Source: Candidatus Undinarchaeota archaeon (GTDB taxonomy: Archaea; SpSt-1190; JASMDC01). From it: a DNA stretch of 64,000 bases. A model generated the notes under the pieces. The model had not been told where the DNA came from. It ran no database searches and saw nothing but the letters and a program-made list of their open reading frames with translations. Positions 56,285-64,000 of this stretch are shown here, one piece after another (positions within the stretch are counted from its first letter, which is position 1; every line of letters starts with the position of its first letter). The DNA is taken from contig CAZFHY010000010.1 of NCBI GenBank assembly GCA_964519305.1, forward strand, positions 72,379-136,378. Direction: 5' to 3'. The position numbers were made by a program, and so were the translations under genes.

Positions 56285-57535
56285 CTATGCCCAGTCCACA
56301 TCGTAGTCGCTGTACTGGACCTCGTTGTTGAACGCGTAGAGCGGGTTCCAGTCGGTGTGTGACTCGTAGAATGCGTCCCGTTCCACCAGGCTGTCGTAGT
56401 CCACCACGTACCGGGTGCCGTTGATGTCCGTCTCCAGCCACGCGTGGCCGCCCTCGTTGTTGGGCTGGGTGAACCCCACGACGACCATGGACGGATTCCC
56501 CCGGGCGATGAGGAGGGACGAGGCGCTCAGAGCGTAATCCTCGCAGTCCCCCACCCGACCGTTGGCCAGGTAATGTTCAGGATTGACCCAGTAGTCGGAA
56601 TCGTTGAACTGGTCGATGTCGCGCTCGTAGCTCTGGAACAGATCGGTCCCGTCGGCGAGCTGGAGCTCGTCGTTCTCGATCTCCAGCCGGTTCGCGAAAC
56701 CCCGGACCACCGGGTCGTCGGGATCCACGTACTCGTGAGCGTCACGGGCATGCCGGAGCAGACCCGAGGACGAGGAGCGGTAGTCGCGGAGCGCAGGGCT
56801 CCCGTCCAGGTTCCCGTCACCGTCGTGGTCCGCCTCCCGCGGGTAGAGATCGAAGCCGTCCATGAGGCCATCACCGTCGCTGTCGGTGTTGTCCGGGTCC
56901 GGGTCCTCACCGTCTATGAGCAGGTCACCATCGTGGTCAGGTTCGTGGAGGTAGGTATCCTCACCGTCGAGGAGGCCGTCGCCGTCCACATCAGGGTTCT
57001 CCAGGTCGGGGTCCTGGCCGTCGAGCAGACCGTCCGCGTCATGGTCCGCCTCGGAGATATAAGGATCTGCGCCGTCGAGCAGGCCGTCACCATCGATATC
57101 GGGATTCTCCAGGTCAGGGTCCTTCCCGTCGAGGAGGCCATCGTTATCGTAGTCGGAGCGCATGGGGTATGGATCGATGGCGTCACCGATACCGTCACCG
57201 TCGGTGTCCGGGTTCCCGCTGTCCGGATCGAGGCCGTCGATGAGTCCGTCACCGTCGACGTCCGGATTCAGAGCGGCCGGGTCCGAGCCATCCATGATGC
57301 CATCGCCGTCCGAGTCGGGGACGAGCAGCTTCGTCCCGCCCGTGAGCTCGCGGATGTTGGACGCTCCGTCCTTGTCGAAGTCGGCCATGAGGAAGTAGCC
57401 GGCGCCCAGCGCACCGCCCATCACCGCACCGAATGTCAGATGTCTCCGGTCCAGGTCATCGGTGTCGCTGTACCCCTCCACCAGTTCGGACCTGCGTTCC
57501 CCGTCCGACTCCAGTTCGATCTCGCGCTTAAACAT
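56285..57535 (-). CDS. Membrane-anchored transglutaminase-like cysteine protease with about 11 DxDxDG repeats and conserved acidic leader
   Basis: DYWVNP, VGDCEDYALS, GGHAWLE; ELESDG..EGYSDTDDL leader. Confidence 0.88.
   Translation of the reverse strand: MFKREIELESDGERRSELVEGYSDTDDLDRRHLTFGAVMGGALGAGYFLMADFDKDGASNIRELTGGTKLLVPDSDGDGIMDGSDPAALNPDVDGDGLIDGLDPDSGNPDTDGDGIGDAIDPYPMRSDYDNDGLLDGKDPDLENPDIDGDGLLDGADPYISEADHDADGLLDGQDPDLENPDVDGDGLLDGEDTYLHEPDHDGDLLIDGEDPDPDNTDSDGDGLMDGFDLYPREADHDGDGNLDGSPALRDYRSSSSGLLRHARDAHEYVDPDDPVVRGFANRLEIENDELQLADGTDLFQSYERDIDQFNDSDYWVNPEHYLANGRVGDCEDYALSASSLLIARGNPSMVVVGFTQPNNEGGHAWLETDINGTRYVVDYDSLVERDAFYESHTDWNPLYAFNNEVQYSDYDVDWA
56800..57320 (-). repeat. 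Coding tandem repeat, 54-nt/18-aa unit DxDGDGLxDGxDPxxxNP
   Basis: About ten consecutive units in the translation. Confidence 0.9.
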
Positions 57536-57541
57536 GATTTC

Positions 57542-58360
57542 TCACCCCTCCAGTAATTCCTCGCCCTGAGGCGGGTCTATGTAGCGCTCCCTGATCTGGT
57601 TGGCAATGAACATGACGGCGCGGGGGATCCCGCCCACGAAGTAGTCCAGGTACTTGTGGACCTTCGTACCCGTCCGGTCGTTCACCGCAGGCTTGTGGCC
57701 CTCGGTCTTCCGGTCCCTGATGTTCTGGAGGAAGCCTTCCACGGTGTGGGTCTCGGGCATCACGGTGAGGCCGTGGCCCAGCGACCATGCATAGTGCGAG
57801 TCCGAGCCGCCCACGCGGGCCAGCTGGTACTTGTCCGCCAGCGCCGAAGCCAGCTCGTTGGCGTTCCCGGGGAAGAGCACGGAGGAGTTGTACACCTCGA
57901 CCCCGTCCAGGAGCGCGAGCTCCGCCTCCTCGATGTTGTCCAGGTCGAAGGGGTCCTGCGTGCCAAGATTGGCGGAGTAGGGGTGCGCCGCCACCGCCAC
58001 ACCGCCCTGGGCGTGGATGCGCTCGGTGGTCTCGGCCAGAGGGAGTCCTGCAGGGAGCTCCTCACGGATGCCGTAGGCTAGCACGTGGCCCGTGCCCGAG
58101 GATACCTCGGAGGCGGGGATGATCATGAAGTCGTCGTACTTCGCGGCCTCGGCGCACGCCCGCTCGTACGAGTCGGTGGAGTCGTGGTCCGTGATGGCGA
58201 TGCCCGAGAGTCCCAGCTCGTAGGCGGTCCGGACCATAGTCTCAGGGCTCCTTAGCCCGTCCGAGTACTGCGTGTGCGAGTGGAGGTCATAGACGCTCTG
58301 CCCCTGCGCCCTCAGCGAGGCGATTTCTTGCTGTAGCGAAAGCTCTTCCAGATCGAGCAT
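57542..58360 (-). CDS. PHP domain metal-dependent phosphoesterase
   Basis: DLHSHT.YSDG, AITDHD, GHVLAYG, AAHPY, GGSDSH. Confidence 0.93.
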   Translation of the reverse strand: MLDLEELSLQQEIASLRAQGQSVYDLHSHTQYSDGLRSPETMVRTAYELGLSGIAITDHDSTDSYERACAEAAKYDDFMIIPASEVSSGTGHVLAYGIREELPAGLPLAETTERIHAQGGVAVAAHPYSANLGTQDPFDLDNIEEAELALLDGVEVYNSSVLFPGNANELASALADKYQLARVGGSDSHYAWSLGHGLTVMPETHTVEGFLQNIRDRKTEGHKPAVNDRTGTKVHKYLDYFVGGIPRAVMFIANQIRERYIDPPQGEELLEG

Positions 58361-58475
58361 ACCCACATTCCCCTGTACCCTTTTTTCGGCAGTTCAGGGC
58401 GTATATATACTTTGTGGTAGTAACGCACGATCCACTCGTTCGGAACGGCATGCAGGTGACCATATGAGAGGGTCT

Positions 58476-59573
58476 CTACCGATGGCCCACCTGTTCCACA
58501 CGGTCCCGCCACATCAGCCGATAACAGAGCTCGTACTCCTTCCGAGAAGGAAGTCGATTGCATAGCTCGATGTCCTGGTTGTTCCGGGCGACGCCGTACA
58601 CGCAACGCGCGCGGACCTCCGGCTCGTCCGATCCAAGGCAGGATCCAAGCTGTCGGGCGATGTGGGGCGGGTCCTGCTCCCCGCCGGGCCGGTACCAGCC
58701 GAAGAGTAGGACGAACGCGAGGAGCACCACCACGGCGACGGTGCCAGCGATGACGAAGGTCTCCAGGTTCGAAAGGAGACGGACCTGCTCACGCTTCCCC
58801 GTGGGGAACTCGTCCTCCGGCCGACCGAAGACGGTCATGAGGATGCGGTCAAGGCGTTTCGTGTACTCACGACGCACCTTAGCCCGATCGTCCGGGTCCC
58901 GGGACATGGAATAGAAGGAGTTCCGGTTCTCGTCCAGGGCCCGCTTTATTACATAGAGCAGGTAGACGACGCCCAATATATAGGCGAACCACAGGACCTT
59001 GAAGGCCACCCAGAGGAGGCGGGCCACCTCGGGGATGACGATGATCATGCCCACCGCGAAGAATAGGAACCCGCGCCAGGCCGTATGGAGGCGGTCCAGC
59101 CGTCTCCAGCGCCGGACATAGAGGTCGCGGACGATGTAGACGACCATCACGGCCACGAGCACCATCGCCCGGACGGCCACCAGGCGTGTGCGGAACAAGG
59201 GATCCGGGCACGTCCCGTACCTGTTGGGGGTGCAGAGCGAGGCGATGACGAGGCCGGTGAGCAGGCACATCACCATGAGGAAGGCGTAGAAGGCTATGTT
59301 GGAGATGAAGGCGTTGAGGGCCATCTGGACGGCATGGGCGCAGCGCTTCGACCGGGTGGCCCATACAGTCTCGAGGTCCATGCCCTCGAGCTTGATCTCG
59401 GGATAGGCCATGAGGGCGGCCGTGCGCATGTCCAGTGTGATGTCCCAGAAGGCCAGGGTGAAGATGAGCCCCCACACCAGGGGATTATCGGTGAGGAAGG
59501 CCGCCACTATGATGAATAGCTTAAGTAATGGCTTGAAGGCGGGCGGAGTATCGATGGCCGATCGGGACGCCAT
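58476..59573 (-). CDS. Hypothetical polytopic membrane protein with Cys-rich C-terminus
   Basis: About seven hydrophobic helices; terminal C..C..LC..C motif. Confidence 0.7.
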   Translation of the reverse strand: MASRSAIDTPPAFKPLLKLFIIVAAFLTDNPLVWGLIFTLAFWDITLDMRTAALMAYPEIKLEGMDLETVWATRSKRCAHAVQMALNAFISNIAFYAFLMVMCLLTGLVIASLCTPNRYGTCPDPLFRTRLVAVRAMVLVAVMVVYIVRDLYVRRWRRLDRLHTAWRGFLFFAVGMIIVIPEVARLLWVAFKVLWFAYILGVVYLLYVIKRALDENRNSFYSMSRDPDDRAKVRREYTKRLDRILMTVFGRPEDEFPTGKREQVRLLSNLETFVIAGTVAVVVLLAFVLLFGWYRPGGEQDPPHIARQLGSCLGSDEPEVRARCVYGVARNNQDIELCNRLPSRKEYELCYRLMWRDRVEQVGHR

Positions 59574-59666
59574 GGTCGGAATGCGGGACAGGTCGTGCCC
59601 CCATGAAGTCGTGAACGCACACATATATTAAGTTCCGGTGGTCTGGCCCAAGTTCGGAGGGAGCGT

Positions 59667-62348
59667 ATGTCTGCAGAGCTCATCATCGCGCTCACGAGGG
59701 GTATCCTACTCCTGCTTTCCACCGTCGTCCTCCCGGGCGCCCTGCTCGAGCGGTTGCTCGTCCGCTCACGCCACCTCCATGAGGCATTATTCCTCACCCC
59801 GGTCCTGGGCACCGTGGCCACCGCATCCGTCGCGACATCCCTTGCCTTCCTCCTGGGCACGACCATCCACACCGGCATCCTCGCTGCTGCTGCGTTCGCT
59901 CCCGTGCTCCTGGCACTGGTCGCCGTGGGCCCATCGGCCGACTTTCTCGGATGGCCTGAGATGCCCGACCGGCGCCAGAGCGCCGCTCTGCTCGTGATGC
60001 TCGCCCTCGTCGCGACGTTCCACTGGTCCATCTACGACGCGTCCGATCCAACCATCTATTCTCGCTGCTCCTTCCGGGTGGAGCGGTACCTCCTGGGGCT
60101 GAAGGTGCCATGCCGCCAGGACACCGGCCTCATCGCCTTTCTCCCACCCCCGCAGCGGCTTCCCGAGGATATGACCCGGACATGCCCGGGCGACCCGGCC
60201 TGTCCCTATCTCAGGGACGTGGCCCCCGGCCCCCTTCGCGATCGCATGGAAGCGGGCGAGGCGGTGCGGCTCGCCCATCTCGGGGACGCCCAGTTCGGCT
60301 ACCCCGTCCTCCTGGCGCCCTATCTCGTAGCACTACGGTTCGCCGGGTTCCACGTGTTCTACCTTCTCACCCGGGTGCTGTGCGCTCTGGGGCTTTACGT
60401 CCTCGTCCGACGCGTGGTCGACAGGGATGCCATCGCCCTGCTGGTGGGCGCACTGGTGATGCTCAATCCGGTCGCTGCCTTCGCCACCACCCACAACGAG
60501 AACATGTTCGCGATGGTCCTGGCCACGGCCGCGGTGCTGCTCTCGCTCGACCACGGTCGCGATGCCCGACGTCGCGTCCTGGTCGCGGGCATGGTGCTCG
60601 GCGCCCTCATGGGCGTGCGCCACTTCGCTGTCGTGTGCCTCCCCGCGGTGCTCGTGCACATCGTCCTCACCCGTCCACCGGACCGACGCCTCCCCCAGCT
60701 GGCGCTACTCGCCGTGGGCGCGGGCGCCGCCCTCCTCCCATACATGTACTGGCACCAGTTCCTGTTCGGCGATCTGCTCACCAACGAGCTCGCATATAAG
60801 AACGACCCCCTGGACCACACGCTCCCCCTCCTCGGGACGCCGTTCCGGTCCCGCCTCATGCTTAACTGGCCGTTCCATACGACACTTGTCCGGCCCGCAG
60901 GCATGCCCTTCCCTACACCGGTGCTCCTCCTCGTCACCCTCCTGCGTACCTTCGGCCTCGCGCTGTCGGGCGTGGGCGTTCTGGGCCTGATAGCGCTTGC
61001 CCGTGAGCGCAGAGCGCTGGCCGTCACCCTCCTCCTCTGGTTCCTGCCCGCCGTCATGTTCATGGGAGCGGTCACCGACTGGTTCGACGACAAGTGCACA
61101 TACCTCTTCATCGTGATGGTCGCTCCTGCCGTGTGGGTCGCCGCTGGCCTCGACCGCCTGATGCGCGGGCCGGCCTGGCGCGACCTTGCCCTGGTCGCGG
61201 GGGCCGCCATCGTGCTGCTCGGGACCGTCTGGTGGGCTGGAGGTATGGCCCTGCCACCGGACGACCGCATCCCGGTCCTTAGCGAGAGCGACGCTGCCCT
61301 GGAGCGAGACAGGGCAGCCTGGGCCACGGTCCCCCTCCTCCACGGCGGTCTACGGCCCTTCGCGGTCCGTCCCCCCGAGGACGTGTTCTGGTCGCCGCCT
61401 TTCACCATCTTCCGGTGGTCGGACGTCCTCACCTTCAACGACGACCGCCTCCCGCCGACCCCATGCGTCCGCCTCCTGGGCTATGAGGGCGAGGACGCCC
61501 CTGCTGATGTGTACGTGCTCAACACTGACCGCATCTGGCAGTCCAGCCTCCTCCTCGCGACCAACCAGGTGACCACCGATCGACCGCCCTTCGGCCCGAC
61601 ATCGCCGCCCCCCAACATCATCGTCGTGAGCGAGCTCAGGGGAAGCACTCCTGACGAGCTCGACGACAGAATCGCCGAGATCGCGGAGGCGGCCCTCGGT
61701 GCGCCCGTCCTTCTCGTGCTCGGTGAGGTGTCCGCCAACGCTGAGCTGGCCACCGGGGCCATCGGGTTCCTGTCCCCCGTGGTCTTTCCCACGGGAGTGG
61801 TCGAGACCGGGCATTTCAAGATCCCCGACGGGACGTTCTCGCGGCCCGACGTGGTGAGGAGCCGAGCGAGGCCTGCCTTGACCCACAACGCGGAGGTCGT
61901 GTGGCGGTACGCCGACGATGTGCCCCTCTTCATCAGACGGACCGTGGACGGACGGGACGTGTGGTTCCTCAACGCCCAGCTCGACCCTGCCGATCCCCAT
62001 GGTGCCGCCACGGTGCTCAACGAGGCCATCGCCCGGGTCAAGGGGGGTGCGGTGATGGCGACAATCTCGGCCGCCGATGGGACGCTCACGGTAGACCTCA
62101 CACGGGTGTCCAACTCCGCGGTCCCCGACCACACATTGCCACCGTTGAAGTTGATCGACTCGAGGACGCCCTTGTCCGGTGGGATGACCGTGGCCACTCC
62201 CGACGGGACGGCGCGTCTGAGAGTGACCATCAGCGGGGCAGTGTTCGTTGACGAGCCGCTGGAAGCCACTGACATGCGCACGTACACCATCATGTCCGGC
62301 CCCGTGCCCGCGGGGACGATGACCGTCGCCGGAAGGTCCGTGGCGTGA
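59667..62348 (+). CDS. Large membrane protein, probable GT-C (ArnT/PMT-like) glycosyltransferase
   Basis: More than ten TM helices; GYPVLLA, HNEN, GVRH and KCTY at positions typical of GT-C enzymes; soluble C-terminal domain. Confidence 0.62.
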   Translation: MSAELIIALTRGILLLLSTVVLPGALLERLLVRSRHLHEALFLTPVLGTVATASVATSLAFLLGTTIHTGILAAAAFAPVLLALVAVGPSADFLGWPEMPDRRQSAALLVMLALVATFHWSIYDASDPTIYSRCSFRVERYLLGLKVPCRQDTGLIAFLPPPQRLPEDMTRTCPGDPACPYLRDVAPGPLRDRMEAGEAVRLAHLGDAQFGYPVLLAPYLVALRFAGFHVFYLLTRVLCALGLYVLVRRVVDRDAIALLVGALVMLNPVAAFATTHNENMFAMVLATAAVLLSLDHGRDARRRVLVAGMVLGALMGVRHFAVVCLPAVLVHIVLTRPPDRRLPQLALLAVGAGAALLPYMYWHQFLFGDLLTNELAYKNDPLDHTLPLLGTPFRSRLMLNWPFHTTLVRPAGMPFPTPVLLLVTLLRTFGLALSGVGVLGLIALARERRALAVTLLLWFLPAVMFMGAVTDWFDDKCTYLFIVMVAPAVWVAAGLDRLMRGPAWRDLALVAGAAIVLLGTVWWAGGMALPPDDRIPVLSESDAALERDRAAWATVPLLHGGLRPFAVRPPEDVFWSPPFTIFRWSDVLTFNDDRLPPTPCVRLLGYEGEDAPADVYVLNTDRIWQSSLLLATNQVTTDRPPFGPTSPPPNIIVVSELRGSTPDELDDRIAEIAEAALGAPVLLVLGEVSANAELATGAIGFLSPVVFPTGVVETGHFKIPDGTFSRPDVVRSRARPALTHNAEVVWRYADDVPLFIRRTVDGRDVWFLNAQLDPADPHGAATVLNEAIARVKGGAVMATISAADGTLTVDLTRVSNSAVPDHTLPPLKLIDSRTPLSGGMTVATPDGTARLRVTISGAVFVDEPLEATDMRTYTIMSGPVPAGTMTVAGRSVA

Positions 62349-62406
62349 GCGCCCACCAGAGCGTTTTTTAAGTTTCGCCCCTTTCAGTGCACCCGAGGTC
62401 ACGACC

Positions 62407-62688
62407 ATGGTTACGCAGGTACGCGCGAGCCACATCCTCGTGAAGAGCGAGGACGAGGCGAAGAGGCTCAAGGAGCTCATCGACAACGGGAAGAACTTCG
62501 GAGAAATGGCCAAGGAGAACTCCACGTGCCCCTCCGGCAAGAAGGGGGGGGACCTGGGGTGGTTCAAGCATGGCCAGATGGTGCGGCCCTTCGAGAAGAC
62601 CGCATTCAACATGAAGAAGGGCCAGATCTCCGAGCCGGTGAAGACCCAGTTCGGTTGGCACATCATCAAGCTGGTCGACACCAAGTAG
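62407..62688 (+). CDS. ppiC: Parvulin-type peptidyl-prolyl cis-trans isomerase
   Basis: ASHILVK, STCPSGKKGGDLGWF, MVRPFE, PVKTQFGWHII. Confidence 0.96.
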   Translation: MVTQVRASHILVKSEDEAKRLKELIDNGKNFGEMAKENSTCPSGKKGGDLGWFKHGQMVRPFEKTAFNMKKGQISEPVKTQFGWHIIKLVDTK

Positions 62689-62705
62689 ACCGCTGACAGT
62701 AGGAC

Positions 62706-62732
62706 CCCCCGGGCGTTTCCACCGTCCGGGGG
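62706..62732. terminator. GC-rich hairpin after ppiC
   Basis: CCCCCGGGCG-TTTCCAC-CGTCCGGGGG stem-loop. Confidence 0.35.
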
Positions 62733-62786
62733 ATTCAAAACCTTAATATACTCCCTGGGGCGCTTACATTCGGGTAGGGGGACCTC

Positions 62787-63728
62787 GTGGTGGAAGAGCC
62801 CGGTAACGACGGTGAGGAGTCACGTGACGTTACTTTCTACTTCCTCTCCGACGTACACCTGGCCAACGGCGATCCCAACCATGAGAACACCACGGACCCG
62901 GAGCAGCTGCACCGGTTCCTCCACTACATCAGGGACGCCCCCGACACCAAGTGTGTCATCGCCGGGGACGCGTTCGAGCTCTGGCAGTCCAACTTCAAGG
63001 AGATATACTCCGCACACCGTGACCTCGTGGAGGACCTGCTCGAGCTAGTAGAGCAAGAGAAGATCGTGTACACGATCGGCAACCACGACGGAGAGATCGC
63101 CACTGACATGCTCCTTTACTACGACGGTCCTGCTGACATCCAGAAGATCGCAGGGCTGCTCAAGGACGAATACCACGACGGATACGGGTTCGAGTCGCTG
63201 GGCGCCCGTCAGATCGAGGTCGTCCACGGCGACATCTGGGACAAGTGGAACCACGGACCATTTGAGTGGATCGGCCGCGGTATCGCTTACCTCGGCGGCC
63301 TTGTGGAGAAGGCCGGCTGGTACGACGTGGAGAAGTACTTCGGTAAGGTGCAGCGGTTCCTCAAGAAGTGGGGCAACAAACCGACTCCCGGTGGCTCCGA
63401 GTACGTTGGCGACTACCAGGAGTACATCGATGGCGCTCTGGACTGGATCCACCGTTACGGCGAGGACGTGGTCGTCTACGGCCACACCCACAACCCCCGC
63501 ATCCTACACTACGACGCCAAGGGCGAGAAGCTGCTCGAGGAGATCAAGGACTACAACGTCCCAATCGACGTGTCCAAGGACAAGTGGATCGCCAACACCG
63601 GCTCCCAGGTGAACGGCGCCACCGACGTCGTTGTCCTGCGCAACAACGTCCTGACACTCCAGAAGCTCGAGGACGTGCTGCCCGAAGGGTACCGCGAAGC
63701 CGAGGACGCTCCGTCGCCGGATTATTGA
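62787..63728 (+). CDS. Calcineurin-like metallophosphoesterase (LpxH/YbbF-like)
   Basis: SDVH, GDAFELW, GNHD, HGD, GHTH, NTGS. Confidence 0.9.
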   Translation: MVEEPGNDGEESRDVTFYFLSDVHLANGDPNHENTTDPEQLHRFLHYIRDAPDTKCVIAGDAFELWQSNFKEIYSAHRDLVEDLLELVEQEKIVYTIGNHDGEIATDMLLYYDGPADIQKIAGLLKDEYHDGYGFESLGARQIEVVHGDIWDKWNHGPFEWIGRGIAYLGGLVEKAGWYDVEKYFGKVQRFLKKWGNKPTPGGSEYVGDYQEYIDGALDWIHRYGEDVVVYGHTHNPRILHYDAKGEKLLEEIKDYNVPIDVSKDKWIANTGSQVNGATDVVVLRNNVLTLQKLEDVLPEGYREAEDAPSPDY

Positions 63729-63774
63729 TCCCCGCTGGGACCTATAACTCATCCTGGCACGAGAAGGAGCAAGG

Positions 63775-63859
63775 CGCCGGGGAAGGGATTTGAACCCTTG
63801 TGGTGCAAGCACCACCAGATCTCGAGTCTGGCGCGTTAGCCTGGCTCCGCTACCCCGGC
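63775..63859 (-). tRNA. tRNA-Ser(CGA)
   Basis: GCCGGGG/CCCCGGC acceptor stem, CCAGA-CTCGAGA-TCTGG anticodon arm, long variable arm, GGTTCAAATCC. CCA not fully encoded. Confidence 0.96.
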
Positions 63860-63885
63860 ACGGGGTTTCTTGGGCGGGTATGAAT

Positions 63886-63897
63886 AGCTTTAAATGT
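63886..63897. promoter_or_regulatory. Shared bidirectional TATA box between the divergent tRNAs
   Basis: Palindromic TTTAAA about 30 nt from the 5' end of each tRNA. Confidence 0.6.
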
Positions 63898-63925
63898 TAT
63901 CTACTGGAGTGGGGACAGCGCAAGT

Positions 63926-64000
63926 GCGCCGGTAGTCTAGTCTGGTCTAGGACCTTGGCCTTCCAAGCCAATGACTCGGGTTCAAATCCCGACCGGCGCA
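63926..64000 (+). tRNA. tRNA-Gly(TCC)
   Basis: GCGCCGG/CCGGCGC acceptor stem, TTGGC-CTTCCAA-GCCAA anticodon arm, GGTTCAAATCC. Confidence 0.96.

Noticed and set aside
56800-57320. Regular ~54-nt repeats resembling a CRISPR array
   Set aside because: They are degenerate at third codon positions and in frame within a protein. There are no unique spacers and no cas genes.
62787-63728. lpxH call implying lipid A synthesis
   Set aside because: Only generic metallophosphoesterase motifs are present, and there are no other lpx genes.
246-63815. Numerous overlapping alternative-frame and antisense ORFs (e.g. 7939-9210, 23093-24142, 47342-48574, 53276-54298, 61350-62738)
   Set aside because: These are shadow ORFs of real genes in GC-rich DNA, with no recognisable motifs.
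63728-64000. tRNAs as an integration site for a genomic island
   Set aside because: No integrase or transposase, and no duplicated tRNA 3' end was noticed in the window.

Overview
GC-rich prokaryotic chromosomal window whose signals point to an archaeon: BRE/TATA-type promoters about 25-30 nt upstream of many starts, GGTGA/GGAGTGA ribosome-binding sites, a TrmB regulator, an archaeal-type Ogg, an R-A-Q class III (pilin-like) signal peptide, and tRNA-Ser(CGA)/tRNA-Gly(TCC) with GGTTCAAATCC T-arms. The lineage cannot be fixed from the window. Housekeeping content includes rnfC-rnfD with apbE, NUDIX-ogg-DUF523, GH5-like glycosidase with a Zn-ADH, parvulin, PHP and a metallophosphoesterase. The unusual content is: (1) a full-length bacterial-type SecA behind an archaeal promoter; (2) five otherwise dissimilar membrane proteins sharing an ungapped 22-aa acidic N-terminal leader, [ED]LE[TS]x[GD]x7[DEQ][GA]Yx3[DE]D[LM], ahead of a Gly-rich TM helix; (3) eight hydrolases from three unrelated families (six clostripains, an M14 carboxypeptidase, an alpha/beta hydrolase) sharing an acidic leader, TM helix and PAY...YxVxLP stalk; (4) an eight-gene operon of surface proteases led by an SPFH-like gene and shaped by a recent ~1.5 kb duplication; (5) two giant Cys-rich secreted proteins carrying lytic transglycosylase and M23 murein-hydrolase domains next to a pilin-like gene. 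Together these suggest (inference) a dedicated export route and surface arsenal for attacking or digesting bacteria. No CRISPR array, integrase or transposase was seen. All family calls come from reading motifs by eye; no searches were run.
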